Part shown: positions 1-15,628 of the stretch, in pieces | Numbering within the stretch: position 1 is the stretch's first letter | Layout: the number at the start of each line of letters is the position of its first letter | From: the human T2T-CHM13v2.0 reference genome, Homo sapiens | NCBI RefSeq assembly: GCF_009914755.1 | Contig: NC_060944.1 | DNA length: 64,000 nt | Strand: one strand, 5' to 3' | The notes under the pieces: model-generated | The model's input: the letters and a program-made list of their open reading frames with translations, nothing else | Database searches by the model: none | What the model was told of the DNA's origin: nothing | Program-made: the position numbers and the translations under genes

Positions 1-120
1 ATAATTACCCAGTACATTCTTACTATTATTAAATTATACAGTTACATTTTAGAATAATAAAAATGAAATATTTTATTCCATTTTCATTGATTCCTTTTTC
101 CAAGATTCTTCATCTCTCTT

Positions 121-410
<290 letters not shown>

Positions 411-705
411 TCTCTCTCTATATATATATTCATGTATATGTTGCTTACTGATAGTGATACATTCTGGGGAATTCACCTTTAGGCAATTTCATCGTTGTGG
501 AAACATCACAAAATGTACTTAAACTTAGGTGATATAACCTACTACACCTACTACACATCGAGGGTGTAGGATATAGCCTATTGTTCCTTGACTACAAATC
601 TGCACAGTATGTTAGTGTACTGAATGCTGTAGGCAATTACAACAACATGATGTTTCTATATCTAAACATATATAAACATTTAAAAAGTACAGTGAAACTA
701 TGGTA

Positions 706-1272
706 CAAAAACTACCATTGGCCCCAATTACTTAATGGGACCCAGCAATCCCATTACTTGCTATATACCCAAAGGAATAGAAATCATTCTACCAAAAAGG
801 CACCAGCATATATATGTTCATTGCAGCACTATACCCAAAGCAAAGACATGGAATCAACCTAGATGTCCATCATTGGTGGACTAGATAAAGAAAATATGGT
901 ACATATACATCATGGAATACTACACAGCTATAAAAAACAATGAAATCATGTCCTTTGCAGCAACATGGATGCAACTGGAGGCCATTATCCTAAGTGAATT
1001 AACACAGGAACAGAAAACCAAATACTACATGTTCTCACTTATAAGTGGGAGCTGCACTGAGTACATATGGACACAAAGATGGGGACAATAGACACTAGGG
1101 TCTACTTGAGGTTGGAGGGTGGCAGGGATAGTGAGGGTCAAAAAGCTACCTATCAGGTACTATGCTCACCACCTGAGTGATGAAATCATTTGTACACCAA
1201 AACCCAGTGACACACAATTTACCCCTCTAACAAACCTGCACATGTACCTCCTGAACCTATAAGTTGAAAAGA
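706..1272 (+). mobile_element. L1 3' end, L1PA15/16-like, 5'-truncated, inserted in Tigger3
   Basis: ORF2 C-terminus plus 3'UTR with tactatgctcaccacctgagtgatgaaatcatttgtacacc. Degenerate TSD gaaactatggtac / gaaaatacagtat. Confidence 0.85.
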
Positions 1273-2014
1273 AAATACAGTATAAAAGATTTTAAAATGG
1301 TACACCTGTATAGGACACTCACCATGAATGGAGTTTGCAGGACTGGAAGTTGCTCTGGGTGAGTCAGTGAGTGAGTGGTGCATGATTCTGAAGGCATGGA
1401 TATTACTATATACTACTATACACTTGATAAACACTGTACACTTAGGCTACACTAAATTTATGAAAAAGTTATTTTTTCTTCAATAATAAACTAAATCTTA
1501 GCTTACTGTAGCTTTTTAACTTGATACACTTTTAATTTTTTTTTTTACTTTTTGGCTGTTCGTATAATAATAACATAACTTAAAACATGAACATATTATA
1601 CAGCTGTTCAAAAATATTTTCTTTCTCTTTATCCTTATTCTATAACCTTTTTTCTATTTTCAAAATTTTTAATTTTTTTACCTTTTAGGCTTTATTGTTA
1701 AGAATTAAAACACAAGCACGCACATTATCCTAGGCCTACACAGAGTCAATATCATCAATATCACTGTCTTCCACCTCTTGTCCCACTGGAAGGTTTTTAG
1801 GGGCAATAACAGGCATGGAGCTGTCATCTCTTATGATAATAATGACTTCTTCTGGATACTTCCTGAAGGACCTGCCTGAGGCTGTTTTAAGTTAACTTTT
1901 TAAAAAATAAGTATAAGGACTATGCTCTAAAATAACAATAAAAGGTATAGTGTAATAAATACATAAACCAGTAACATAGTCTTTTATTACTACTATCAAG
2001 TATTATATACTGGT

Positions 2015-2307
<293 letters not shown>

Positions 2308-2542
2308 TTATGTACTCTACATAATTGTACACGATAGACCTTAGTACAACTGGTAACACAGTAGGCTTATTTACACTAGCTTCACTACAAACACATGAGA
2401 AATGCATTGTGCTATAACATTAGGATGGCTATGACTTCACTAGGTAATAGGAATTTTTCAATTCCATTATAAGCTTCTGGGACCACCACTGTATATGCAG
2501 TCTGTCCTTGACTGATACATCCATATGCAGTACATGCCTGTA

Positions 2543-4100
<1,558 letters not shown>

Positions 4101-4458
4101 ACAGACTTTTGGGTGGTGAATTTGCCCTGAAAAGTCAGTTTGCAGTGAAACTCTTGTGAATATACAAATCTACAGTGTCAACCAATACAGTGAACTTAAC
4201 CAAGAAATTGTTCTAATAATTTTTTTCTGTTCATTAAAGCAGATATTATTCAGGCACTATTTTTAGAAATTTAGTAGGAAAATAATAATTCCTATAAAAA
4301 CATATGGATGTATATTCAATTTAAATAAATCTAAATGTGCTCAGAGAGAACATTCTTTAAAGAGAAGTTTTATTACTCACCAAAGCCTGAATACAGTTTC
4401 CCTTGAGAAAAACCATGGGAATCCTATAAACTAAATGACTTCCAAAGGGCTTACCTGA

Positions 4459-4771
<313 letters not shown>

Positions 4772-5434
4772 TTACCTGATTATTTCTAAGGCTGAATTAT
4801 AAAAGAAAAAATAATACACTGTTACATATGAAAGGTGCCCCCCTTTAATAAACTAGCTTTAAGTTTATTGTGCCTTTAATTGCCATTTCACTCAATAATA
4901 AAATCAAAAGTGATAACAGAGAACAAAAAACAGTAGGCTTTTCCATTTCAGAAAATTTTCTTTTTCTTTGAACCTACTAATGAGTAGGAACTTTGGAATT
5001 ATTCTGTATATGCACATGAAAAGACACCCTGGAGATGCTGTCTATGAGAGAACAATGGACATCTTGTTGACTTAACTTCCCAAGACTTCAAGGAAGGAAT
5101 GAGGAATTGAAATTGCTGTTTATTCTCTATTCTATGTATTGGCTTTGAGCCACTGACAATTGAGAAAGTTACATGGCTATATAATTTTTTTAATGTCTGT
5201 CTCAGCAGAAATAGAAATCAAAAAAGCAAAAGGTAGTCTGTGGGAAATAGACGCTGGGAAGGACACCTCAGGAAGATGAACCATGAACATAGCCCATGTC
5301 CACTCACCTGGGTTTCTCCTCTGCGGGCACTCTTTCTTTGCATTCGTTTATCACAAACCTTCTGCTTTCTCTGGTTGGACTCTGGAAAATGTGGCATTAT
5401 CAAGTAAAATGATTTCTGGAATTTAACTATTCAA

Positions 5435-5560
5435 CTAGAAAAGACCTCAGAGATTTGGGGGAAAAAAATCCCTTACTCATTTCTCAAAAGAGAAGCTGAA
5501 GCTCTGCAGGAGATAAATGACCTGCCCAAGATCACACAGTCAGAGCAGATGCAGGCTAAC
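5435..5560 (-). mobile_element. MIR fragment
   Basis: Core motif aaatgacctgcccaagatcacacag. Confidence 0.55.
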
Positions 5561-6779
5561 ACCCTCTCTCTTTGCTGTCATCTTCTTTAGGAAGAGCAAG
5601 CCAAAAGAGAGATCAGAACTGTATGACATCTATGTAGACTTGCCTGATCCTCTAGATTTATTTTATTGGCAAAGAGAGAGGTTAGAGGGAAGCTTGAATC
5701 ACTTTTCATTTCAGCGTATTCTCTTCAGTTAAGCTGTCCTTTGAGTCATGGGTTGTTTTTCTTTTGGGCCTTTAATTGCCATTACACGGCACATAAAAAT
5801 AACCCAAGTTCTTAACATGCGTATTTGCAGCAAGAACACTTGATTATATCTCTTCATCAGTCCTACCTGCAGAGGCCACAGGCCTGCGCTCTGCAAGGAC
5901 TTTTTCTCGCTGGGGCTTTTCTTCTTTGTGTGGGGAGTTAGTGTTTCCCTTGGTGATGGGCCAGGTGTAAACACCCTGCTTATGTAACAAGGCCCCTTTC
6001 CTCTGCAGACATGATGAGCTCTGAGGCTCTATGGCAAGACAGTGACCGCACTAACCATCCTTTGGCTGGGGTGACAGTCAGGCAGTCTCTCTATCAAGAT
6101 GCTCCCAGCTCCCAGGTGATCCTGTCCCAGGACCCCAATTCAAGAGCTGGCTTTCCCTGTTTATTGCATTTGGAATCTTTCTCCTTATGGGTTTGGATGT
6201 GTCCAGCTTTTATCTTGGAAATTTTTCCGCTCTGCAGTCAATCCTCTCTCCAACTCAGTTAGTATGTGCTTTCTGCATCACCATTATTCCCTTGCTCGGC
6301 GTTTACCTCATTTTTACCTTTCTTGCTCACTTTCACTTCCTTTTAATTCTCTCACTGTTAAATTCTTTTTTAAGCTTCCCATAACCAAAATTACCATTTA
6401 TTAATATTTCTCCCAGGGTCCCTTCTGCTGGCCCCTGACTGAATCCTCCTTGCTTCCTATTAACAATGCCTCCGCGCATTTCAACGTCATCTGATAGCAC
6501 AAAATTACAAGCTCTTTGACACTCAAGTATTTTTTTTTTTAAATAAGACTACTTAATGAATTTTGCCTATTGCTAGACATAGAATCTGCCTGAAAAATAC
6601 CAGGAAAATAAGATGAGGATGTCACTTAGCAACAAATGCCCCCTAAATTATGAACTTCAAAGAAATATTGCTTACTTTGACAATGGTTAAGCGATGCATC
6701 TGGAATCAAAGACTTAAGAAATTCCCCACCTCTGACATCAATAAGAAAAGGCTCAGGCTTCACACCTGTTGTTCCCTCT

Positions 6780-7139
6780 ACATGGAAGGCTCTTTCTTCC
6801 ACTCATGGCCTCACTATTTCCTGCTCAGACTTCAAGTGGTGAATGAATATCACTTCTTCAGGGAACTATGCCCTGACCCTCCAGTCTAAATTATATTCTT
6901 TGATTTGATCCTCACATCTGTAGCCCAAACTTCTCATCTGAATTTCCTGCTCTGATATCCAGCTGTCTGTTTGATGTCTCCATCAGGTGTCATAGACATC
7001 TTAAACTTAGCAAGTACAAACTGAATCCTTCATTTTTCTCCCTCGCACCTGTTTATACCCTGGTGTTCCCTATTTCAGTAAATGTTCTAGGTAAATGTTA
7101 ACTATTTACCTAGTTACTCAAACCAGAAACCTTGGAGTC
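6780..7139 (+). mobile_element. L2 fragments
   Basis: L2-type pyrimidine-rich motifs (agcccaaacttctcatctgaa; tcaaaccagaaaccttggagtc). Confidence 0.55.
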
Positions 7140-7575
7140 TGTCTTAGGTTGGGTTTCTTAGACACAGAGGCTCAGAAGGGGACTTCTGTCCAATTGATGC
7201 ATTGCAAGGGAGCCCTCAGGAAACACCAGGCTATGCAGGAAGCCAGACAAGGCAGAAGCAAGAACGTGGCAAAAGACATGGGTGCAGCTGGAATCTAGCA
7301 TCAACCTGATGCCATGGACATCTGTGGAGCATGAGCAACACAAGAGTTGGCTTACTTTGAGACAAGAAAATGGGGCTTTGTTACTCTGGTCTCAGTGAGT
7401 CATTGGTTACAAGCTTCCCACTCCCACCACTTTTCTAGGTGAGTATGCTCCATTGCCTGAGGTCAGAGAAGGAGGACGCTGGGAGCCATTAGCAAGCAAC
7501 ACTCATACCCACTGGGGATAGAGGCACCAGCATGGTGAAGGGGCCTGCATGGAGTCCTGACAGACCTGACTGTAC
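7140..7575 (-). mobile_element. ERVL solo LTR (LTR33-family-like)
   Basis: Starts tgtcttaggttgggtttc (antisense ERVL LTR end); contains cagctggaatctagcatcaacctgatgcc. Confidence 0.6.
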
Positions 7576-8269
7576 CATCCTGAACTCCATTCTCTCTCTC
7601 ACTGAACCACCCTCCATCCCACCAACATCACCTTAGTCCAAACCAGCTTCTCCACCTTGACTACTGTGCATTCTCTTGTCAATAGTTGTACTCCTCCTCC
7701 CTCCCACAAGAAGTAAGAAATAAAAGGATTAAGGTTGCTTTCTGAGATATAAGCTATAAGACCAATCAGAAAAGAAAAGTGGAAAGTCGCACTTGTAGGA
7801 GCAGAATGGCTTCCCTCTGCAAACTCAGACTGATCAGGTTAAGTGGACAAGCACACCCAAAGAAAGACCATTCCAAAGGAGCAGTTGTTCCTACAACTGG
7901 AAGCTACGCAAAGGGGAATAAGGGAGGGATGCACTGAGAGAGACCCCAGAAGTGTCAGTCAATGAATATCAATAATTCACATCCGATTGACAAGATAGAA
8001 ATTCAAACCTCATTTTGACCTGCTGCTATTCAAGTCATCAACTCAAATCTCTCACTCCTTTGTTCTGATTCTGTGCTCACCAAGTATCTGGAAAGCATAG
8101 AGAATTTGAGTAGTTCTACGTCAGTGAAGTTTTTTTCTCACTGCAAATAATAAATGGGCATTCCAGCCTCATACATCAGTATCTTGATTCAAAAAAGCCA
8201 GCCAGTGGTGAGTTTCACAGCCTGCATGTCTAAGAGCCAAGACCCTGGACCATGACACATTTACCAAGT

Positions 8270-8845
8270 TGTATGAAAGATTGCATTTTCAAAAAAAAAG
8301 AAAAGAAAAGAAAAGAAAAGATAAAATGGCCACAGCAAGATCTCTGGTTCCACATGGTCTTCCAGAACTTTTCCATTCCTCCATCAAGAAATGAGAGTCC
8401 ATTTCCTCTCCTCTTGAATCTGTGTGGGCTTTCAAGACTGCTTTCATGAATAGAGTACAGCACAAGTGATTCTGTCTAAATAAAGGCTAGAAAGCAATAT
8501 GGCTTCCACTTGGCCCTCGCTCTTTTGGGATGTTTACCTTTTGAATTTGTCGCCATGTTACAAGAAAGTACAGGACAAGGATATGAGTAGGTGTCCTGGA
8601 AGAGAGCCCCAACTAAAATCCTAGCCACCAGCTACCATCAACTGCCAATCATGTGAGTGAAAGAGTCTTCATATGATTATAGCCCCAAGCTTATAGCTAC
8701 CCAATGGATGGGGAGTGTAGAACAGATGAACTGTCCTCACCTAGCCATAGCCAAATTGCAGATTCATGAGAAAAATAAATGCTGTTGTTGATTTAAGCCA
8801 CTAAGTTTTGGGGTGGTTTTCATGTGACAATAGATAAACAGACAG
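8270..8845 (+). mobile_element. MaLR solo LTR (MLT1F/G/H-like)
   Basis: MLT1 3' end aataaatgctgttgttgatttaagccactaagttttggggtgg...aatagataa. Confidence 0.75.
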
Positions 8846-9089
8846 AAAGCAGCCTGTCTAATATTAGCAGATGGGCCTAACATTGCCATGCAACTACACG
8901 AATCTTTTTATTCATTCTTTATGTTCCTAGTTACTATGGTTCTTGGTTTCCACTCTCTGACATGGGATATTCATACCTGCTCAAGACTAGTCTTACATGC
9001 TGGTTGACTCTACTCATTCCTGTGGCTCCTGTGCCCAAATATGAAACCTGGCACCATCTATAGCCTTGCCTGGGTTCTTCTCTCATGCT

Positions 9090-10258
9090 CCATTTTATTA
9101 ATTTATGCATATTCCTGAGTACAACTTTTCTATTTATCCTCATTCCCTTGATGATTTCACTCAGTCACATAGATTTAATACCATTTTTATGCTGTAGACT
9201 GTAACATTTTTATCCCCAGCCTGAATCTTACCCTGAACCCAAAACCATACTGCTTACTGGATCTCTACACCTAGATGAATAACGGACAGCTCAAACTTAG
9301 TTTCCAAAACTGACCTCTTGATCTCCTACCACCCCAAAAATGTTTCCCTCAATCTTTCTCATCTCAGTAAACGGCAAGTCCATATTTCCAGATTGAAAAT
9401 CCTAGACTCATACTCTCTACCTCCAAGCTACCAGAAAGTCTTCCATAGCATTATCTTTAAAATATGTTCGGAATCTAACCACTTCATATCACCTTCTTGG
9501 TCACCATCCTGACCCAAGCTACTATCATCCCCCACCTAGATTATTGACATTGCCTCTCAGGTGGCCTCCTTGCCTTCATCTTTGCCCCCCACGCTGTGAT
9601 CTATTTCCATCGCAGTGGTCTGATCACACTTCTTCAACCAAATCCTACCTTACTAAGGATTAAAGCTAAAGACTTTTTAATGGCAAATAAGTTATTACAT
9701 GATCTAGCTCCCTATTTTCCCTCAGACCTTATCTCTTACCACTTTCTTTCTAGATGACTATGCTGAAACCACACTGACCTTCTTGCTGCTCTTCAAATAT
9801 GTTCTGCTGCTTTCCACCTGAGAACTTTTGCATTTGCTCTTTCCTCTACTGGAAATGCTTTCTCCCCATGTATCCACATGGATCAAACCAGGAATGCTGT
9901 CTCCCCATTTGTCCACATGGATCAAACCTTCTCCTCAAGGCTTTGCTCAATATCACCTTTAGGGCTTTGCTCAATATCACCTTCTTAATGAGGCCTTTCC
10001 TAACCATCCTTCCTGAAATTGCACTTGCAGCCCAGCCTATCCATGCCCCACCCCTACTTTACTTTTCTCAAGGGTCCCAACCACCATCTGACAGTCTGTA
10101 TGTTGTATTTGTTTGTTTATTACCTGACTCCACGTGCTACTATATAAGTTCCACAAGGCAGGGAGTTTTATGTATTTTGTCCACTATTGTGTCCCCATGG
10201 CCTAGAACAGTGTCTGGTATATAGCATACTCTCAGTAAATGTTTGTTGAATGAATTAA
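9090..10258 (+). mobile_element. L2a 3' portion
   Basis: Canonical L2a end cctagaacagtgtctggtatatagcatactctcagtaaatgtttgttgaatgaat. Confidence 0.8.
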
Positions 10259-10289
10259 CTGTTGCCCAATACTGATGACTTCCAGATTT

Positions 10290-11172
10290 CCAGCTACAGC
10301 CAAAAACACTCTTACATTTTAGACCTACATATCCAGCCACCTAATAAACATCTCAAATTTGAAGTTCCAAAGGCACTTTAAACGTTACAAGATCAAAACT
10401 GAACTTGTCTTCTCTGTTTTAGATCTGCTTCTATCACTGTATTCACTCTGTGAGTGAATGATGTCACCCTCTGCCAAGTTTCTCAAACCAGAAACCTTGG
10501 AGTCCATGCCAACAACCACACTGTCTCTACTCCCCTCATCCAATTGGGTGCTAAGAACCTGTCTTTTGAATCATCTTCTCTCACTGCTCTGCTTTAATCA
10601 TTTCTCACCTAAATAATTACAGAGGCTTCCTCCAAAGCACACTCTTGGTCCACAGGATTGCCCCTTCTGCTACCCTTCCAAGTATCTCCACAGTGATATA
10701 ACTTAAAGGCAATATAATCAAACCATCTCTCTCTTCAGAAGTCATGACTGGCTCCTCCATCTTCTAGATATTTAAGCCTGCAATTATTAGCATGGGGTTA
10801 AGGGGATCATCTTTCTATTCTAGCCTGATCTTCTGTCCCCTTCCCTTTTCAGTACTCCCACCTGGCTGCACTCTTTTAGGTTTCCCAAGCACAACCCTCC
10901 TTCCCAGGCTGCCTTTATTTCTGCATTCTCCCCATCTGTCTAAAAAAGCCCAGATCATATGTCACATCTTTAAGAACGTTAACTCTCCCACCATGGAATA
11001 TCAATGGCTCTTTATCTGTACCTTCCTTTAGGTACTCACTGTCATGGCTGTTCCTGTGTTCCTCGGGTCAGGGAGACAGATCCTCCACTTTCTCTCAGAG
11101 TGCCCTGACCCCAGCCAATGCTGTGACCTTGAATAAATGGGAGCTCAGTGAGAACCTATGAAATGAATGAAT
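10290..11172 (+). mobile_element. Degenerate L2
   Basis: L2 motifs (ctcaaaccagaaaccttggagtc) and a terminal gaaatgaatgaatga. Confidence 0.5.
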
Positions 11173-11384
11173 GACCTCCACAGTCCCAGGCATTGAATTC
11201 CATGCAGCTACTTTTAGTCACCAAATCTATCTTACCAGTCCCACTTTTTATCTCATTCTGTTCCCTCTCTCCATTCATTTAAAGAGTACTAGCATTACAC
11301 TATGCAGTTTGCATCCAAAGAATCACAGGAGGTTCAGACAATATAAGAAACCAATTGCATCTGAATCCTCAGAACAAAATATTC

Positions 11385-11464
11385 ATCCATTTAGAGTCAA
11401 GTTGGAAGGTCAAGTCTCTCTCTCACACACATATACATATGTGTATACAAATTATATAATAATA

Positions 11465-11505
<41 letters not shown>

Positions 11506-11902
11506 ATTACATGAGCCAATTGAGTTTATGTAATTATGAATGCAGGCAAATCCCAGGATCTGCAGTATGAGTTCGAAAGCTGGAGACCCTGGAGAGTCAA
11601 AGGTTTAGTTCCAGTCTGAAGGCCAGGAAGCTCAAGACTCAGGAGGAGCTGCGGTTTCAGTTCAAGTCCAGAAGCAGGAAAATTTCTCTTACTTGGGAGA
11701 AGATTTGCCTTTTGTTCTACTCAGGCTTTCAATTGATTTGATGAGACCCACCCACATGAGGGAGGACAATCTCCTTTCCTCAATCTGCTGGTTTAAATGT
11801 GAGTAGTAATACCCAAAAACATCTTCACAGAAATGCCTGTAACGATGTTTACCAAATATCTGGGCACCATGGCTCAGCCAAGTGGACACACAAACTGTCA
11901 CA
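11385..11902 (-). mobile_element. MLT2 (ERVL) solo LTR
   Basis: Antisense MLT2 start ...ggctcagccaagtggacacacaaactgtcaca; internal microsatellite typical of MLT2. Confidence 0.8.
11468..11501. repeat. (GT)17 microsatellite
   Basis: Perfect dinucleotide run. Confidence 0.97.
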
Positions 11903-12292
11903 GAGGGCAAGTGTACTACACTCCTTGGATCCCTTTTTACTAGTTTTGTGAGCCCTTCCCTTGGCTTCCTAGTGTTTGGGTTCCAATGGCTTGCATCTGT
12001 GCCTCTCTTCAAGGCACTCCCTGAGACTACTGGCACCACACTGCACACATGGAGCAGAAAGGCAGCAAGCACAGAGAGCAGGGGGTTCCATGGAAATTAT
12101 CTTCCTCACGGTAGCCCTGGCTGATGACTGACTAACTGATGGTGCAGGAATATGGAAGCCCAGCACCCTTATTTCCAGTTGGGACTTTATTCACTCACTT
12201 ACTGTGTCCTTCTGGGATTTTTTTTAATATATATAAAACATTGCACATGAATTCTTATTTCAGGTTCTGTTTCTTATGGAAACTGGCCTAAG
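11903..12292 (+). mobile_element. ERVL solo LTR (LTR16-like)
   Basis: tgactgactaactgatggtgcaggaatatggaagcccagc and end caggttctgtttcttatggaaactggcctaag. Confidence 0.55.
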
Positions 12293-13085
12293 TAAGCAAC
12301 CTTTCTCATAGTACCTTGTTGGCTTTGATAAGTGTTGTTTTTTTCTTCCTGAAGTCAATCCCTACTCAGAGTTCAAGGAGACCATCTAAAATTTCCTAAA
12401 GCTTTTGCATCATCAAGTGGTCTATTAAAAGCCTCCTTTCTGTTTGGAATCACTAAGAAGCAAACTTCTGAGTTAGGAAAGTGTGAGCTCTGGAATCACA
12501 CCTAGTTCTGGTCTCCTGTGGGCACACAAAAAAAAGAGTCAACCTTGCTGCAATGTCCTGAGGGGAAGATATTGCCTTTCCTTCAAACCTTCCAGAATGA
12601 GAATTTGGAGCAGCCTGCCATTTGCTGAACTGCATGCTTTACTGTAAAATGAGAGCACAGGAAGAAACCAGCTCTAATAATAATAAGATCCATTTAGCAT
12701 TTAATCTACACACATGCTGATTTATATTATAATTGCAAGTTGCTAGAGAGGTATGTCTCCCTTCCCAGAGCCCCCAGTGACTGCAAAAGGTAATTACCAA
12801 AATGGCACAAGTCTGCTTATCATGTGGAAGCCTCATGTTTTTTGAAATAACTTAACCCTGGGTGTCACTGAGCTTTCCCTGAAGAGAATTGGGAGCAGGA
12901 AATCCACTTCAATGAGTGAGATATTCCTTTTTCTTCTTGTAATATATGAACTTATTTTAATCACTTTTCTGCTTTTTTCAGTACAAGTAGGTAACCAGGA
13001 GAGTGGGAAATATAGTCCTTTAAAAAACCTGATGATAAACACTGTCAAAGAAAGTCCTTTAGAAAATGGCTGCAGGATGTTCTTG

Positions 13086-13338
13086 TTTGTTTTGTTTTGT
13101 TTTTGATACGGAGTCTCACTGTGTTGCCCAGGCTAGAGTGCAGTGGTGCAATCTCGGCCTCCTGAGTAGCTGGGATTACAGGCACCCACTACCACGCCCG
13201 GCTAATCTTTGTATTTTTAGTAGAGATGGGGTTTCACCATGTTGCTCAGGCTGGTCTTGAACTCTTGGCCTCTGGTGATCCACCCGCCTAGGCCTCCCAA
13301 AGTGCTGGGATTACAGGTGTGAGCCACCACGCCCGGCC
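13086..13338 (-). mobile_element. AluSx-like with an internal deletion of about 48 nt
   Basis: Antisense Alu. TSD ag(g/t)atgttcttg at 13074-13085 / 13339-13350. Confidence 0.9.
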
Positions 13339-13699
13339 AGTATGTTCTTGAAACCAAGGCATTTCAGGGTATTTTCTGCTACTCGAGAATTCTGGCCATC
13401 AGGCTATGGAACGTTGAGCATGGTTGCACACACTCACATGCACTCACGCGTACACACACTTTCATAGAGTTATTACTTTTTTAAAGTCTAATGCCTAGAG
13501 TGGTCTGGAATGAATGCTGACATACTGTGAGAAATAAAGAATGAGACCGGACCCACGAGTAACCAAATGAGCATTTCACCAGTCAGAGTGAGTGACCAAA
13601 GGACAGCTAAGACCGTTGCATTCCACCTTCCCCTCTGGCCAAGTTTGCTTCCCAATCTAAGTTTGGCTTCTCGGTCTTCCCTGACCTTCACTATCAAAC

Positions 13700-14230
13700 C
13701 AAGTCTTCACAGGAGATGAAACACCTTTCTGTGAAACACAGTAGATGTTCACCAGGTAGATGCAGGGAGAGGGATTGCCAGCCAAAGCAGCAGCAATGAA
13801 GTCACGGGGCTGGGAATGGAGCCACATGTTGGGGAGTTATAATTAGTTCATTACTCTAAAAAATAGAGTTACTCAACTCAAAAAAAAAATAAGGATGGAC
13901 AGATAGACCAAGTTCACCTCAAGAGGAATTCATATGTTAGGTAGGAGTTTGAAATTAAATAGCTATCAAAGGTTTCAATCAAGGAGGTGATACGATTCCA
14001 TGATGTTGATAGAAGCTCATTTGGGCAGCAGTGTGGACAATGACCAGATGGATCAGTAATGGAGGCAAAAACACTAGACAGAGCTGTTGTGATGTAAGTG
14101 TCCAGGTCAGAGGGTAAGAGCCAAAATATAGGATGAGAAGAGAGGGTGGATCACAGTCCCATTGGTTGGTAGAACTGGCAGGAAGAAAGGGTTTCTAGTG
14201 GATATGTCATTGTGCGTACACATGGTGCTG
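13700..14230 (-). mobile_element. Degenerate L2
   Basis: Antisense L2 motifs (ggaggtgatacgattcc...agaagctcatttgggcagcagtgtgga). Confidence 0.5.
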
Positions 14231-15628
14231 TGGCAGGCGTCTACAAAGCCGGTCTCCTGGGACCTGTCCTCATCTCTGAAATGAGGGCCAGTTTTGTTAT
14301 GGGTGCTCACTAATTACTTGCTAACTCATTTGATCTGACATTCATCCCTCATCTCAACCATTCTTCAGGAGATGCCCTTACAGTCAGTAAAATGATGAAA
14401 CAGCGAATAATGTAACTTCAGTGAGTCTCCTAATTTTTTTGAATCTCCGTTTCTACATTTATAAAAGGAGGCTAAGCAAGAATCCTTACTGATCGCTTCC
14501 AGCTCAAGTACTCCAAGTCAGCCAGTTCTCAGGAGAGTGAGCTGGCAGCTGCCTCCTGGGGGAATATTGTTGGAATTCTTGAGAGATGATCAGGCTGGGG
14601 GAGCATCTCCCCACAGCTCCCCTCCAAACCCAGGGTTAACCAAGAGACAGCTACACTTAAGAACTGTATTTGTATTATTCACAGGCACTGAAACAGTCAT
14701 TGTTTTGGCAATTCCCTTTAGTGGAGGAAATAAAATGAGCCATATTGTGGGGAAGGTGGGGCTGTGTTTCCAAGGTAAGCTTGCTGGTAGTATAAAATTG
14801 TGTTTTTATTTAAAGTGAATTTCCAGTTGGCTGAATTTATGCTGCCTTTGATGCCTACTCAGTGCTTTGAATACAACCTGCTTGTCCTCGCTTTGTTTTC
14901 CCCACGCCCTGAGAGGGGATCCCTAGATTGCTGATTAAAAGCTATTCAGCAACAGCCTGCAAGTGCTACACCGATAACATTATCTTTACTGATTCATCAG
15001 GGCTGCCCTGGTGCAGGTGGGAGACTGTGGCTGAGTCTCTCCAGACAAGTGTTGTCAGCTCTGGCTTGAGCCTTCAGAATCTTGTGGACAAAGAACCTTA
15101 AGGGAGGACAGAAAGTTTCCGAGGGCGGTCTTGTCCCAGACTTCACCCTTGCTTGAATCACCTTCCCATTTTGTACTTGGCTCACCAGAGCACTGCTTTC
15201 CCTTGTCAATTCCGTGAAGTGAGTAGGAGGCTCTATGGTGAACACTGTGTGCTCCTGCTTTGAAAGAGAAAGAAGTGAGAGGTTCTGTACAGTTCTGCAG
15301 GGATTTCAAAGCTAACACTTGATGACTGTGTTAAGGGAAGGCAGGGCTCACATGCAAGTGAGCCCTCAGGGCTAGAATTTCCCTTGATCGAAGTGCTGGC
15401 CTGAAAAGACCACTGGACTCAGAAGCTTTGCTTCCAACTTCATAGCTCCTTCATCTATAAAATCATGGAGAAACATTACTTAATCTCCACTACCTCTTAC
15501 AGGTCTGAGTCTTTTAGAAGCATACCCCTAGTAATTAATAGTCCTCGTTCTTGATTGGTGAAGTGAGCACAGAAGCCAAGGGAGAAATACATGAGTGCCC
15601 TTGGGTCCTTCTACCTCCATGCTTTAAT

